Below are positions 11,873 to 23,446 of a DNA stretch of 64,000 bases, piece after piece. This DNA comes from Coraliomargaritaceae bacterium (lineage in GTDB: Bacteria > Verrucomicrobiota > Verrucomicrobiia > Opitutales > Coraliomargaritaceae), in assembly GCA_965656495.1 (NCBI GenBank), contig CBFHKU010000007.1:40993-104992 (forward strand), given 5' to 3'. How positions within the stretch are numbered: position 1 is the stretch's first letter; every line of letters starts with the position of its first letter. The notes under the pieces were generated by a model that was not told where the DNA came from, ran no database searches, and saw only the letters and a list, made by a program, of their open reading frames with translations. The position numbers and the translations under genes are program-made.

Positions 11873-14410
11873 TTACTTTTTCTTGGCAGCCTTCTTTTTT
11901 GGAGCGCGCGGGGCAAACTCAAAACCGATTTCGCCGTTTTCGAAGTCGAGGGTAAGGTGTGCCTTGAAGGGGCGCTTGGTGCGGCGTGAAACAAACCCCT
12001 CCAGGAGAGCGGTCTTTCCCTTGGTAAAGAGGTCCACGATTTCTTCCGGTTGAAGCTCCTTTTGCAGGATGGTCTTGCCGAGACGGAAGCCCTCGGGGGC
12101 ATCCTTGGTCTTGAGGGCAGGGAGGTGGTATGCCTTTTCGGTGGCGTGCAATTCTGCGACGGTGCCGTCCGGCAAGGTGAGCGATTTTAGGCGGGTTTTT
12201 TCGTCAAGGGGTTCGTCGAGTTCCAGTTCGTCCTCAAAGACAAATTCGGTTTTCCACTTGCCGATTTTACCGGTTTTACTGACGGATTGCGCAAGTTTGA
12301 GTCCTGCAGTGAAGGGACGATTAAAGCGCGAGAGGAAACCCTCCATTTCGGGAAGTGCCTTTTCAGTGAAAAGGGTGATCGCCTCGTCTTCACTCAATTG
12401 GCGACCGGCGATATACTTGGAGATCTTAAAGCTACAATCGACATCGCGGCATTCATAGGTCGCGTCGGTTTGCTTGAGGCGGGGCGCCCCACACTCGGGG
12501 CAAGGGCATTCGAGGTCGGGGAAAACCCGGTTTACCGCAGCTTGCATGTGGGTACGTGCCTTATCGACAACCTGTATCGTGAAGTCGTTGATCTCCTGCA
12601 TGAATTGGGAGCGTTCAATCTCACCCTGTTGCATTTTGTTGAGTTTCGCCTCCCAGTCCCCGGTCATGGAGGGCGAGGTCAACGCCTCGAGTTTCATTTC
12701 ATCGCAGAGTTCAATGAGGCGCAGCCCTTTGCCGGTCACGTTGAGTTCGCGACCTTCGCGCGCAATGTATTTTTGACGGAGGAGACCTTCAATGGTGGCG
12801 GCACGGGTCGCAGGGGTACCGAGGCCACGTTCCAGCATCGCTTCGCGCAAGGCCTCGTCTTCAATCAGTTTTCCGGCACCTTCCATCGCAGAGAGGAGGG
12901 TTGATTCGGTATAACGCGCCGGCGGCTGGGTTTCCTTGGCGAGGGCATCCACCGCGTCGGCTTGAGCGGTCTCACCGGTCTGCACCGCGACGAGTTCGTC
13001 CTTGTCGTTCGCAACACCCGCCTGGCGTCCATAGACTTCCAGCCAGCCGGGCACCACGAGGGTTTTGCCACGGGTCAAGAATTGATCCTGCTCCTCGCCG
13101 TGATCAATGGTGGTGATCCGGGTGGTATTTTCAAATTCGGCGTGCGGGTAGAAGACTGCGACAAAACGCTTCAGAATCATGTCGTAGAGCTTCGCCTCGA
13201 CTTCGCTGAGTTTGACCATGCGCCCGGTGGGAATGATGGCAAAGTGATCCGATACCTTGGCGTTATTAAAGATGCGCTTACTGAATTGGATGAGGCCCAT
13301 TTCAATGGACTTCGCCGCCCATCGCGCGGTGGGGTGCTTGGAGGCCGCCAATTCGCGGGTGGTTTCGTGGACTTTCGAGAGATAATCCTCCGGCAAGTAG
13401 CGCGAATCCGTACGCGGGTAGGTGATCATCTTGTGACGCTCGTAAAGCGATTGCGCGATGGAGAGGGTATTCTTGGCGGTGAAGGGAGCTTCGCGCTGGA
13501 GGGTGGTGAGATCGTATAACTGGGGCGCGATCTGTTTAGCGGGTTTCTTTTCTTCGCTAACCTGACCGGTTTTGTCTTTGCAGCGTGCCTCAATCGTCTT
13601 TGCGAAAGCCTCATCCCAAATACGCTCAGCGCGGCCGTGCGGCTTGGCGGGATCCTTCTTAAATTCCGGATTGAACCACCGGCTGGAGTAGGAGCCGTTT
13701 GTTACCGAGAAATCGGCATGGACCTCCCAGTAATCCTCGGGTTTGAAAGCCTGAATCTCATTTTCGCGGCGTGCCAGGATTGCAAGGGTAGGGGTTTGGA
13801 CACGTCCCGCCGCGGTGATATTAAAGCCCCCGTGGCGCGAGCGGAAACAAGTGAGGGCGCGGGTGGAATTCAAACCGACCAGCCAGTCGGATTCTGAACG
13901 GCATTTGGCGGCATCGGCAAGGTGCGTCATTTTCTCGCCATCGATGAGGTTGCCCCATGCTTCCTGAATCGCGCCCGCCGTCATGGATTGCATCCACAGT
14001 CGCTTTACGGGCTTGTTGATCTTTCCAATGTCCATGATGTATTGGAAGATCAATTCCCCCTCACGACCGGCGTCACAGGCATTTACAATGACGTCAAACT
14101 CGGACTTTTTGGCAAGCGCGAGCACATGCTTGAGGCGAGCGGCAGTCTGCTCGATCGGTTGCAGTTCAAAGTTTTTGGGAATCGCAGGCAGGACGTCAAA
14201 TTTCCAAGGCAGGTTTTTACCGTTGGGGCCGGTGGGCATTTTCAACTCTACGAGGTGCCCGACTGCCGAAGTGATCGCCGCGCGCTCGTTCAGGAAATAC
14301 TGTGCATCCCGCGATTTTCCCTTTTTATCGAATTTACCCAATTCATTGGACAAGGCCTTGGAAAGATCCGTCGCGACAGAGGGTTTCTCAGCAATTATGA
14401 GGTATTTCAT
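11873..14410 (-). CDS. topB: DNA topoisomerase III (type IA) with C-terminal repeats
   Basis: [38 protein letters not shown]; Zn-ribbon and Toprim_C-like repeats. Confidence 0.9.
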   Translation of the reverse strand: MKYLIIAEKPSVATDLSKALSNELGKFDKKGKSRDAQYFLNERAAITSAVGHLVELKMPTGPNGKNLPWKFDVLPAIPKNFELQPIEQTAARLKHVLALAKKSEFDVIVNACDAGREGELIFQYIMDIGKINKPVKRLWMQSMTAGAIQEAWGNLIDGEKMTHLADAAKCRSESDWLVGLNSTRALTCFRSRHGGFNITAAGRVQTPTLAILARRENEIQAFKPEDYWEVHADFSVTNGSYSSRWFNPEFKKDPAKPHGRAERIWDEAFAKTIEARCKDKTGQVSEEKKPAKQIAPQLYDLTTLQREAPFTAKNTLSIAQSLYERHKMITYPRTDSRYLPEDYLSKVHETTRELAASKHPTARWAAKSIEMGLIQFSKRIFNNAKVSDHFAIIPTGRMVKLSEVEAKLYDMILKRFVAVFYPHAEFENTTRITTIDHGEEQDQFLTRGKTLVVPGWLEVYGRQAGVANDKDELVAVQTGETAQADAVDALAKETQPPARYTESTLLSAMEGAGKLIEDEALREAMLERGLGTPATRAATIEGLLRQKYIAREGRELNVTGKGLRLIELCDEMKLEALTSPSMTGDWEAKLNKMQQGEIERSQFMQEINDFTIQVVDKARTHMQAAVNRVFPDLECPCPECGAPRLKQTDATYECRDVDCSFKISKYIAGRQLSEDEAITLFTEKALPEMEGFLSRFNRPFTAGLKLAQSVSKTGKIGKWKTEFVFEDELELDEPLDEKTRLKSLTLPDGTVAELHATEKAYHLPALKTKDAPEGFRLGKTILQKELQPEEIVDLFTKGKTALLEGFVSRRTKRPFKAHLTLDFENGEIGFEFAPRAPKKKAAKKK

Positions 14411-14649
14411 TTCGATGATTCGTTGAAAAGGCAGGTGATCCGAAAGGAAGTTTAAGGTGATTTGCCAGTGTTAAAAATGTGAAAACTTTCAATCTAGTCA
14501 GTATTGAAGACCTCTTGTTCCTTGGGATAGTAATGGAGGCTTGTCAAGGCACGGTCGATATTTGAGCCTCGAATCTGGCTGTGAAAAAGCATTTTTCAGG
14601 ATAAAAATCGTTCGTAGAGGTGTAATTCAAACTGGCAACCGCTGGCTTT

Positions 14650-15927
14650 GTGAGCCAAATAAATAGGATTAGCAACGCAGTTTTGAACGCACTAAAGGAA
14701 AAGTTGAGCCAGATTCACGAAAACCTAACGGTTTTGGGGAATGCCTTTGCGCAATTTGTGGTGGACGTGGTTTATGACCGCAGGCGGCACGGCCGGGCGG
14801 CGGAAACGATGGCGAAGGTGCTCTTTGCGCTTTCACATCTTTTTCACGGAATCGTAAAGGTGCGTAGGTATTTGTATGAAAATCGGATTCTCCGCAACAC
14901 CCCCCTCGGTTGCCTGGTAGTGGTGGTGGGCAATTTAACGGTGGGTGGCACGGGTAAAACGCCGGTGGTGGAGAAATTCGCACGGACCCTGCGTGACCGC
15001 GGTCGCAAGGTCGCGATTTTGAGCCGTGGCTACAAGAGTAAGAACGAGGGACTCCCGCGAAAATTGTGGCGTAAATTCACCCATGGCGAAGAGACGCCCC
15101 CGAAGATTGTGAGTGATGGTGAAAGCGTGCTTCTGGATTCCGAGGTGGCGGGTGACGAGCCCTATATGCTGGCGCGTAATTTACCGGGGGTGGTAGTGTT
15201 GTGCGATAAAAACCGCGTGAAGGCAGGTTCGTATGCAATCCGGGAATTCGGTTGCGACACTCTCATCCTTGATGATGGTTTTCAATATTTGCCGCTGAAG
15301 GGGCGACTCAATCTTTTGCTGGTCGATAAAACCAATCCCTTTGGTAATCAGCACCTCCTTCCACGCGGGATTTTGCGCGAACCGATTCAGCATTTATCGC
15401 GCGCAAGCTATATTCTCCTCACGAAATCAGATGGCGTGCGTGACGAAAATCTCCTCGAATTGATTCGAGAGCACAATGCGAATGCCGAAATCATTGAATG
15501 CGCGCACAAGCCGCAGTTCTTGCAGGCCTTAGGGTCGGATGAACAACTACCGCTTGAAGCGCTAGAGGGAACGTCTATTGCGGCCTTCAGCGGTATTGCC
15601 ACCCCGGAAAGCTTCGAAAACATGCTCCGTAAACACGGGGCTCAAATTCAATATAACAAGCGTTTCCTCGACCATCACCGCTTCAGCGATCACGAGATAG
15701 AGGCCATTTTCAGGGAGGTCGCTGAACTGAAGGGCGTATCAATGATCGTCACGACCGAGAAGGATGCGGTTCGTTTGGCGGAGGGGGTTAAGCCGCCTGT
15801 CCCCATCTATTATCTGCGTTTGGAAATTGATATCCTCTCCGGGCACGAAGATTTCGAGGCGGCGGTGGGGCGGATTTGCTTCCCGCGTCAGGGTTCCGTC
15901 AAAAAGAGTGCAGAAAGTGGCGTTTAG
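14650..15927 (+). CDS. lpxK: Tetraacyldisaccharide 4'-kinase
   Basis: [42 protein letters not shown]; start uncertain. Confidence 0.92.
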   Translation: MSQINRISNAVLNALKEKLSQIHENLTVLGNAFAQFVVDVVYDRRRHGRAAETMAKVLFALSHLFHGIVKVRRYLYENRILRNTPLGCLVVVVGNLTVGGTGKTPVVEKFARTLRDRGRKVAILSRGYKSKNEGLPRKLWRKFTHGEETPPKIVSDGESVLLDSEVAGDEPYMLARNLPGVVVLCDKNRVKAGSYAIREFGCDTLILDDGFQYLPLKGRLNLLLVDKTNPFGNQHLLPRGILREPIQHLSRASYILLTKSDGVRDENLLELIREHNANAEIIECAHKPQFLQALGSDEQLPLEALEGTSIAAFSGIATPESFENMLRKHGAQIQYNKRFLDHHRFSDHEIEAIFREVAELKGVSMIVTTEKDAVRLAEGVKPPVPIYYLRLEIDILSGHEDFEAAVGRICFPRQGSVKKSAESGV

Positions 15928-15969
15928 GATTTGCACCCCCCATAATTTTATAAGTAATTTCACTGACAC

Positions 15970-17184
15970 ATGAAAAATACATTAAATGTAGATCTCCCAA
16001 AAAGTGATAATTCCAGCCAAGACCTTGAGGTCAAGGATGGGCAAATTATCTTCAATTCGGTTTGGAACAAACTGGTTGAAGAATTCGGAGAAGAAAACCT
16101 GCGTTTCCCCAAGGAAATATTCTGGCTGAATGGTGCGCCGGGTGCAGGTAAGGGGACCAACACCGATTTCATCATGCGTTACCGCGACCTCACCGCACCG
16201 CCGCTGGTGGTGAGTTCCGAGTTGCAAAGTCCGGAAGCACGGGCGCGCATCGATGCCGGGCAATTGGTTGGCGACCGCGAGGTTGCGGAAATTATTTTAA
16301 GGCGCTTGTTGGATCCGGACTTCGAGTTCGGGGCAGTGGTGGATGGATTTCCCCGTACTAAAGTTCAGGTGGAATGTTTGAAGCACCTGCACCACAAGCT
16401 TTCGGAGTTACATTTGAAATACCGTGAATCGCTCTACAGCGATTATTTCAAAAAACCGCATTTCCACATAGTAGTGCTCTTCATCGATGAAAAGGAAAGT
16501 GTGCGTCGGCAACTGTATCGCGGCGAGCAGGCACAGGCACACAACGCCGAAGTCGAGGAATCGGGCGTGGGGGAACTCGTCGAAGTACGGCCAACGGATT
16601 TGAGCGCGGATGCCGCCCACAATCGTTACCGCACCTTCAAGGAAAAGACCTATGACGCCTTGCAAGATCTGCGGCAGATTTTCTTTTATCACTTCATCAA
16701 TGCCCACGGATCGATTGAAGAGGTGCGCAAACGGATCTTTGACGAATTGCGTTATCAGGGCTCACTGGAGCTCGACGAGGCGACATTTGACCGCCTCTCG
16801 CCCGTTCCGGTCGCCAGCACCCTTTCGCTTCACGCCCGGCAGGATTTAGTCGATCGCCTCGACGCCTATGAAAAACGTGATACCGAACTTTTCAAGGAAG
16901 TGGTGGAGGTGATTATTTCAGACTTCATCCCGATCGTGAAACTGCACGCTATTTCAGGGACCGCCGTTATTAATTCCGAGCACCCGGTCTTCACTAAGCC
17001 GAAAGCTCTGGAGATGCTGATCGATATCTTCTCCGAACGTGGTTACCACGCCATCGTTGATGTCAACAAACTTGAATTGCCGGACAGCATCGACCCCAAA
17101 ACTTTCAAAATCAACAATACCATGAAGCGGGTCTTTCGTGTGCGCATTCGCTTCCAAGGTTCAGAGATTCGCCGCGGTCGGTAA
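15970..17184 (+). CDS. Long adenylate/nucleoside-monophosphate kinase family protein
   Basis: P-loop [23 protein letters not shown]- and C-terminal extensions. Confidence 0.8.
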   Translation: MKNTLNVDLPKSDNSSQDLEVKDGQIIFNSVWNKLVEEFGEENLRFPKEIFWLNGAPGAGKGTNTDFIMRYRDLTAPPLVVSSELQSPEARARIDAGQLVGDREVAEIILRRLLDPDFEFGAVVDGFPRTKVQVECLKHLHHKLSELHLKYRESLYSDYFKKPHFHIVVLFIDEKESVRRQLYRGEQAQAHNAEVEESGVGELVEVRPTDLSADAAHNRYRTFKEKTYDALQDLRQIFFYHFINAHGSIEEVRKRIFDELRYQGSLELDEATFDRLSPVPVASTLSLHARQDLVDRLDAYEKRDTELFKEVVEVIISDFIPIVKLHAISGTAVINSEHPVFTKPKALEMLIDIFSERGYHAIVDVNKLELPDSIDPKTFKINNTMKRVFRVRIRFQGSEIRRGR

Positions 17185-17190
17185 ATTTGC

Positions 17191-18018
17191 ATGTCTCCGG
17201 TTTGCCTGATCTGCCTGGACCCGACCCGCATTGAGGAGAGCGGTTTGTTGGCGCAGGATTTGGGCCTGGAATTTTGCGTGGAATCTTCGGTTGCTGCGGG
17301 CACTTCAAAACGGGAGGAGCGACGCTTTTACCAAACCCTGCTCAACAAACGGGCGGGCGTACTTTTATTAAAGCCTGAAGGCCTGGGTCTCCTCGCGGCA
17401 CCGGAGGATGAAGCATTATGGATCAAGGCAGACTTTTGCGACGCCGGCACGCGCTATCGACTGGCGCAGGGTGGGGGCAATGAAATGATCGCGAAAGCGG
17501 TCGGCCTGAAAGGGCAGCCCAAGCCGACCGTGCTGGATTGCACTGCGGGTTTGGGAACGGATGCCTATGTCTTGGCGGCGCTGGGTTGTGAGGTCACACT
17601 CCTCGAGCGGAACCCCATCGTTCATGCCCTCCTAAAGGACGGGATAAAAAGAGCGCAAGGCGTGAACGACCCGCTGGTGAATGCGGCGATTGCACGCATG
17701 GTGCTCTTGGAGCCCCGAGATGCCGCTGCCTACCTTGAGTCGCGCCAAGGCGATGTCTTGGCATCGGTCCTTTATTTGGACCCGATGTTTCCCTTGCGCA
17801 AAAAGTCGGCACAGGTGAAGAAAGCGATGCAAGTCTTTCACGCGATCGTCGGGGATGATGCCGACGCGGGGGCACTACTGCCACTGGCACTGGGAGCGGC
17901 AGGGAATCGCGTTGTGGTGAAGCGACCGCGGCATGCGCCCTTTCTCAGTGGTCAGTCCGCGAGCCATTCCGTGGAGGGACAGCGCAACCGTTATGATGTT
18001 TATTTGAAGCAGGGATGA
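17191..18018 (+). CDS. rsmJ: 16S rRNA m2G1516 methyltransferase-like
   Basis: DCTAGLGTDA, ERNP, YLDPMFP..KKSAQVKK, RVVVKRP, RYDVY. Confidence 0.85.
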   Translation: MSPVCLICLDPTRIEESGLLAQDLGLEFCVESSVAAGTSKREERRFYQTLLNKRAGVLLLKPEGLGLLAAPEDEALWIKADFCDAGTRYRLAQGGGNEMIAKAVGLKGQPKPTVLDCTAGLGTDAYVLAALGCEVTLLERNPIVHALLKDGIKRAQGVNDPLVNAAIARMVLLEPRDAAAYLESRQGDVLASVLYLDPMFPLRKKSAQVKKAMQVFHAIVGDDADAGALLPLALGAAGNRVVVKRPRHAPFLSGQSASHSVEGQRNRYDVYLKQG

Positions 18019-18065
18019 ACGCCCACGGGTTGACCTAGGCACAAAAATAGTACGCTTTAAGAATA

Positions 18066-19184
18066 ATGGAACCCAACTATACGAAATTAGCCGAACTCTT
18101 GACCGGATTTTCCACCGACCTGAAAAAAGGAGAACGAGTCTTGATCGATGCATACGATATTCCGCAGGCAATGACAGTTGCGCTGGTCCGTGCGGCCCGC
18201 AAACGGGGCGCGGTGCCCTACGTGCAAGTACAGAATGCCCGGATCGGCAGGGAATTGGTCGCTGGGATCGAAGACGGGCAGTACGAAGCGCAGGCGGAAT
18301 GGGAACTGGCGCGGATGCAGGCGATGGATGCCTATATCGCGGTGCGTGGTTCCGATAACATATTTGAAATGTCCGGTGTCGCGCCGGAGAAACTATCGCA
18401 AGCGATGCGCGCGATGAAGCCCGTACTGGACCACCGCGTTAACAAAACCAAGTGGGTCATTTTGCGCTGGCCGACCGCCGCGATGGCGCAACAAGCGCTC
18501 ATGAGCACTGAATCGTTTGAGGAATTCTTTTTTCGGGTATGCACACAGGATTATTCGCGCATGAGCGAAGGTATGCTCGCCCTTGAGAAACGAATGCAAG
18601 CCGCCGACCAGGTGAAGCTCAGTGGCCCCGGTTGCGATTTGCGCTTTTCAATCAAGGGAATTGGAGCGGTCGCCTGTGGTGGCCGGCACAACATCCCCGA
18701 TGGCGAGGTCTTTTCCTGCCCCGTGCGCGATTCGGTGGAGGGTGAGATTCACTTCAACGCGCCCACCGTTTATCAGGGGGCTTCCTTTGATCGCGTGCAT
18801 TTGAAGTTTGAGCGCGGCAGGATCATACACGCTTCGGGCACTAACAACGAACACCTCAACGCGATCCTCGATGCCGATGCCGGCGCCCGTTACATCGGAG
18901 AATTCGCCATCGCCTTCAATCCCCACATTTTGGAACCCATGCGGGATATTCTTTTTGATGAAAAAATCGCGGGCTCATTCCACTTTACCCCCGGTCAGGC
19001 CTATGAAGAGGCCGACAACGGCAACCGCTCGCAGGTTCACTGGGATATGGTGCATATTCAACGTCCTGAATACGGGGGTGGGGAAATTTATTTTGACGAC
19101 CAATTGATCCGCAAGGACGGCCTCTTCGTTCCGGAGGATCTTCAAAAACTAAATCCCGAATATCTGCTCGGGGAAAAGGATTGA
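18066..19184 (+). CDS. Aminopeptidase, M29 (AmpS/aminopeptidase T) family
   Basis: [38 protein letters not shown]. Confidence 0.9.
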   Translation: MEPNYTKLAELLTGFSTDLKKGERVLIDAYDIPQAMTVALVRAARKRGAVPYVQVQNARIGRELVAGIEDGQYEAQAEWELARMQAMDAYIAVRGSDNIFEMSGVAPEKLSQAMRAMKPVLDHRVNKTKWVILRWPTAAMAQQALMSTESFEEFFFRVCTQDYSRMSEGMLALEKRMQAADQVKLSGPGCDLRFSIKGIGAVACGGRHNIPDGEVFSCPVRDSVEGEIHFNAPTVYQGASFDRVHLKFERGRIIHASGTNNEHLNAILDADAGARYIGEFAIAFNPHILEPMRDILFDEKIAGSFHFTPGQAYEEADNGNRSQVHWDMVHIQRPEYGGGEIYFDDQLIRKDGLFVPEDLQKLNPEYLLGEKD

Positions 19185-19187
19185 GCG

Positions 19188-19394
19188 ATGTCACAGGAAG
19201 ATCCCATTAGTGCACTGCAAGCAAAGCTCACGCACCTTGAACGGCACGTTGAGGAACAGGATGCCGAGCAGTATCGGCTCGCCCAGAAAGTCGAGCAATT
19301 GACCAAACTGGTGCAGCGACAGGAAGAGAAGATCAAATCACTGGACGCTTCGGGGGGCTCTATGCCTGCCAATGAAAAACCACCGCACTATTAA
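19188..19394 (+). CDS. slyX: SlyX family protein
   Basis: Short coiled coil ending EKPPHY. Confidence 0.85.
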   Translation: MSQEDPISALQAKLTHLERHVEEQDAEQYRLAQKVEQLTKLVQRQEEKIKSLDASGGSMPANEKPPHY

Positions 19395-19409
19395 ATAATT
19401 ATTGAGATC

Positions 19410-20057
19410 GTGAAGATTGACTCTGCAGAATTTCGCTTTGGTTGTCCGCACTTTGACGAGATCCCATCTGCAAGCCTTCCTGAGTTTGCGTTTGTCGGTC
19501 GTTCCAATGTCGGGAAATCCTCGCTGATCAACATGCTCACGGGGCGCAAGGAACTCGCCCACACTTCCAGCAAGCCCGGCAAAACACGCTGTATTAATAT
19601 TTTCAGCATCAACAAACAATGGCATTTGGTGGATTTGCCGGGCTATGGCTATGCGAAAGTTTCCAAAGCCAAACAGTTGGACTTCAATCAGGATGTGAGC
19701 GCCTACTTGACGGAGCGCTCGACGCTTGAGCAGGTTTTTCTCTTGGTGGATTCTCAATTGGAGCCTTTGGAGCAGGATTTGTATTTTGCGCAGTGGTTGC
19801 AGGAATGTGAGGTTCCGTTCTCGCTCATACTCACCAAGACCGACCGCAGTTCCAATACAACCGTGCTCAACCACGCTTCCCAATTTGAGAAAGCCCTCGC
19901 TGATTGGAAACTCAAACCCAACCGCATTTTTAATTGCTCCGCAAAAACCGGCAAGGGTAGGGGCGATATCCTGCAATGGATCGAGAGCCGCCTGCCCAAA
20001 AAAAGCGGTAAACAGGGCAAAAGCACCAAGATCAACCTGAATTGGATGAAAAAATAA
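19410..20057 (+). CDS. engB: Ribosome biogenesis GTPase YsxC/EngB
   Basis: GRSNVGKSSLIN, SSKPGKT, DLPGYGYA, TKTD. Confidence 0.92.
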   Translation: MKIDSAEFRFGCPHFDEIPSASLPEFAFVGRSNVGKSSLINMLTGRKELAHTSSKPGKTRCINIFSINKQWHLVDLPGYGYAKVSKAKQLDFNQDVSAYLTERSTLEQVFLLVDSQLEPLEQDLYFAQWLQECEVPFSLILTKTDRSSNTTVLNHASQFEKALADWKLKPNRIFNCSAKTGKGRGDILQWIESRLPKKSGKQGKSTKINLNWMKK

Positions 20058-20105
20058 TTCGGTAAGGGCTGGAAATTTCAAATATTCCGCCTAACTTATT
20101 GCATC

Positions 20106-20348
20106 GTGTCAGAGCCGAGCAAGAAATCCACCACCGACCATGTTTACGCTTTTTTGGGAGCAATCTTCCCGAATTGCGGCGATGCCCTTCGTTTGGTGGA
20201 AATTGGTCAGGAGCGTCCCTTGAAGGTTCACGAACGCCTGGTGCTCGCTTACAACTCGCCGCTTTGCCTGCACTGTAACTGCAAACGCGAGAAGTTTGAC
20301 AAGGAACGGGAGAAATACCGTACGGTTGAGGCCTCGCGCAAAAGTTAA
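20106..20348 (+). CDS. Small hypothetical protein, Cys-rich, weakly zf-HC2-like
   Basis: Fills the gap between engB and nrdJ; NC...ERPLKVHERLVL...CLHCNC. Confidence 0.55.
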   Translation: MSEPSKKSTTDHVYAFLGAIFPNCGDALRLVEIGQERPLKVHERLVLAYNSPLCLHCNCKREKFDKEREKYRTVEASRKS

Positions 20349-20349
20349 C

Positions 20350-23241
20350 CTAGCTACAACCGAGGCTGGTGCCGCAATTCAGGCAACAGGCGCAAGTGCC
20401 GGTGACTTTGACCTTTCCGCTTCCGCACTCAGGGCAGGTTAAGTTCCCTTCGCTCTGGGTAAGGAACTCCAACTGATCCGGGTCGATTTTGGCAACTTCT
20501 TGAGTCGGGATGGTCGAACTGCCCGGATGTTGATCCTCGAAGGCGTCATCATCCTGCGCAAGCGGCGACATCCGTTCCTTGTAACCGGGGATAAATTCCA
20601 TCCCGAGGAGACGCGCCACATAGTCGATCACGCTCTTTGCAAATGGGATATGTGGATTCTTGGTCATACCCTCTGGCTCAAAGCGCACATGCGAGAATTT
20701 CTTAACAAAGGTATCGAGCGGTACCCCGTATTGCAGGCAAAGCGAGACCAGAGTTCCAACGCAGTCCATCAGGCCGTTGATAGTAGAACCTGCCTTTGCC
20801 ATTTGAATAAAGACCTCGCCCGGTTTGCCGTCGTCGAATTTTCCCACCGTGAGGTAGCCTTCCGTGCCTCCAATCGAGAATTTATGGGTGAGAGAGGAGC
20901 GGGTATCAGGCAACTTCCGGCGATACGGTTCGGTGGTTACTTGCACGACCGGTTCCTCTTGCTTATCGTCTTTTTGGGTGCGAACCGGGGCGGATCGTTT
21001 CGAGCCATCGCGATAGATCGCTATGCCTTTCACGCCCATTTTCCATGCCTTCACATAGGTTTCCCGTATTTCATTGGCGGAGGCTTCCTTCGGCATGTTT
21101 ACGGTTTTGGAAATCGCGCCGGAAAGGAAGGGCTGGAGCGCCGACATCATTTTGATGTGTGCCTGATAGGACAGGTAACGCTTCCCCATGCCCGAGCGAA
21201 AGGCGGAATCAAAGACCGGGATATCTTCATCCCGAATGCCGGATTCCACGGTGCGCTTGCCCACTTGAACCGATTCAACCGTACCGTATTCTTTAATGTG
21301 CGCACAAATTTTATCAATGATCGCAGGTTCGTAGCCGAGCGTTTCAAGGGCGAGGGGAATGGATTTAATGGGCAAGGTCATGACGCCGCCACCGGCGAGG
21401 GTCTTGTACGCCACCAGCCCAATCGCAGGCTCGACTCCGGTGGTATCGCAATCCATCAAGAAACCAATCGTCCCGGTGGGAGCAAGTACCGTCACCTGAG
21501 CATTGCGATAGCCGAATTCCTCGCCCAGCGTGATCGCTTCATCCCAGACGGATTGTGCGAACGCCACCAAATCCTGCGGTGCGGGATCCTTCAATTCCTG
21601 TACTGCCTGCCGGTGCAGTTCAATCACTTCACGCATCGAATCGACATTGTCCGGAGCGGGTGGGTTCGGAACCCCGTAATGCGCGGCGTCGTGATAGCCT
21701 GCAAAGGCGCCTTTGACTCCCGCCAATTCTGCGGAGGTGCGGTAGGCGACGCCCGTCATGGTTGCGGTGATGGCTTGCGCCAAGCCAAGCCCTTCTGGTG
21801 AGGCGTAGGCGTAACCATTCGACATCAACAAGGCGCCGAGATTTGCAAAACCGAGGCCAAGGGTGCGGAACCAATGGGAATTATAACTGATACCTTCGGT
21901 GGGGTAGGAGGAGCGATCCACGATGATATCCTGCGCGATGATGAAAATACGCGCCGCCGCCGCGAAGCGTTCACTGTCGAAGCCAGCGTCGGTCCTGAAT
22001 TTCATAAGGTTCAGCGAAGCGAGGTTACAGGCAGAATTGTCGAGGAAGAGGTATTCACTGCAGGGGTTCGTGCAGTTCTGGCGACCGGATCCCTTGCAGG
22101 TGTGCCATTTGTTGATGGTATCATCAAATTGCATCCCCGGATCACCGCAGATATAGGTACCCTCCGCTATTTTATCCAGCAAGTAGCTGGCATCTTTTTC
22201 TTCGCAAGGTTTTCCGTCGGTCACATTGCGCGTCCAGAATTTTTCACCCGCAATTGCCGATTCCATGAATTGATCGGTCGCACGCACTGAGAGGTTTTCG
22301 TTCTGGAACTTAATGGAGCCATAGGCCTCGCCGTTAAAGGAAGGGTCAAAGCCTTCTTCGATCAAGGCCCAGGCTTTGCGTTCTTCCAATTGTTTCGCTT
22401 CGATGAATTCCTCGATGTCCGGATGCCAATCGCGGAGGGTGTTCATTTTGGCGGCACGGCGGGTTTTGCCGCCACTTTTAACCACCCCCGCGACCGCATC
22501 ATACACACACAAAAAACTTAACGGACCACTCGGTTTTCCGCCGCCACTCAATTTTTCACGGGATGAGCGAATCGTGGACAAATCGGTACCGCTACCGCTG
22601 CCGAATTTGAACAGCATCGCCTCCGAACGTGCAAGCTCCATGATGGATTCCATGCTGTCATCCACATGTTGGATGAAACAGGCGGAGCATTGCGGGTATT
22701 CGTATTGGCTGTCCGCACGCATCACGACATCGTGCTTCTGATCCCAGTAGTAATTCCCCTTGCAGGATTCCTTTCCGACCCCGTAGGCGTGATACAGCCC
22801 TAAATTAAACCACACGGGCGAATTAAAGGCGCCATATTGATGCACCAGTAACCAAGTAAGCTCTGCTTCAAAGATCGCTGCTTCCTTGGGGTCAGTGAAA
22901 TATCCATCCTCCAATCCCCATTGGGTGATGGTCTTTGCGACGCGGTCGACCACTTGCTTGAAGGAGTGCTCCCGGCCACCCGTCTTCGGGTCATCGCCTA
23001 AATCGATATCGCCATAAAAATATTTTGAGGCCAAGATCTTGGTTGCCAGTTCGGAAAATGCCTTTGGGACTTCGATATTTGACTGCTTGAAAATGCAGTT
23101 TCCCGAATCATCTGTTATTTCCGTGCTTTTTACCTCCCAATCCAGGGTATCGTATGGATGGGTGCCGTTCTCGGCGAAGACCCGTTCTATTTTTAGAGAT
23201 TTCTGGTTGCTTGTGTGGTCGATTTCGGAACTTGTTTTCAT
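20350..23241 (-). CDS. nrdJ: Class II (adenosylcobalamin-dependent) ribonucleotide reductase with TSCPD domain and C-terminal Zn ribbon
   Basis: FNSPVWFN, QCSACFI, RRAAKM, TNPCSEY, APTGTI, SGAISKTVN; C-terminal CPECG..CLNCG. Confidence 0.93.
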   Translation of the reverse strand: MKTSSEIDHTSNQKSLKIERVFAENGTHPYDTLDWEVKSTEITDDSGNCIFKQSNIEVPKAFSELATKILASKYFYGDIDLGDDPKTGGREHSFKQVVDRVAKTITQWGLEDGYFTDPKEAAIFEAELTWLLVHQYGAFNSPVWFNLGLYHAYGVGKESCKGNYYWDQKHDVVMRADSQYEYPQCSACFIQHVDDSMESIMELARSEAMLFKFGSGSGTDLSTIRSSREKLSGGGKPSGPLSFLCVYDAVAGVVKSGGKTRRAAKMNTLRDWHPDIEEFIEAKQLEERKAWALIEEGFDPSFNGEAYGSIKFQNENLSVRATDQFMESAIAGEKFWTRNVTDGKPCEEKDASYLLDKIAEGTYICGDPGMQFDDTINKWHTCKGSGRQNCTNPCSEYLFLDNSACNLASLNLMKFRTDAGFDSERFAAAARIFIIAQDIIVDRSSYPTEGISYNSHWFRTLGLGFANLGALLMSNGYAYASPEGLGLAQAITATMTGVAYRTSAELAGVKGAFAGYHDAAHYGVPNPPAPDNVDSMREVIELHRQAVQELKDPAPQDLVAFAQSVWDEAITLGEEFGYRNAQVTVLAPTGTIGFLMDCDTTGVEPAIGLVAYKTLAGGGVMTLPIKSIPLALETLGYEPAIIDKICAHIKEYGTVESVQVGKRTVESGIRDEDIPVFDSAFRSGMGKRYLSYQAHIKMMSALQPFLSGAISKTVNMPKEASANEIRETYVKAWKMGVKGIAIYRDGSKRSAPVRTQKDDKQEEPVVQVTTEPYRRKLPDTRSSLTHKFSIGGTEGYLTVGKFDDGKPGEVFIQMAKAGSTINGLMDCVGTLVSLCLQYGVPLDTFVKKFSHVRFEPEGMTKNPHIPFAKSVIDYVARLLGMEFIPGYKERMSPLAQDDDAFEDQHPGSSTIPTQEVAKIDPDQLEFLTQSEGNLTCPECGSGKVKVTGTCACCLNCGTSLGCS

Positions 23242-23263
23242 TGAGCTTGTTGCGTGGTTATTA

Positions 23264-23310
23264 ACACTAGATGTTGATTAAATTAACATAAGGAGCACTA
23301 TACCTAGTGT
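23264..23310. promoter_or_regulatory. Tandem NrdR boxes upstream of nrdJ
   Basis: ACACTAGATGTTGATT (23264-23279) and GCACTATACCTAGTGT (23295-23310), starts 31 bp apart, resemble acaCwAtATaTwGtgt; weaker third copy at 23347-23362. Confidence 0.8.
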
Positions 23311-23446
23311 TAAAAGGTGAACTAGCTCAAAATAAATTGCACGAAAAAAATAGATATTGGGGCAATTATTTTTAATTACGCTCCATATAACCCGAATGTT
23401 AATTATATGGTAAAATAAAAACTAAGGTATATTTGGTATTTATAAA

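Noticed and set aside
11821..12102. N-terminal extension of serC in the ORF track
   Set aside because: Overlaps the topB 3' end; family similarity begins at MKPEIKP (11820).
20500..21801. 433-aa plus-strand ORF, and similar long antisense ORFs such as 36060-37103 and 3046-3894
   Set aside because: Shadow frames opposite well-supported genes (nrdJ, argA, hflX) with no recognisable motifs.
23242..23446. Cobalamin riboswitch upstream of nrdJ
   Set aside because: The leader is very AT-rich with no B12-box or conserved stems visible; NrdR boxes explain the motifs.
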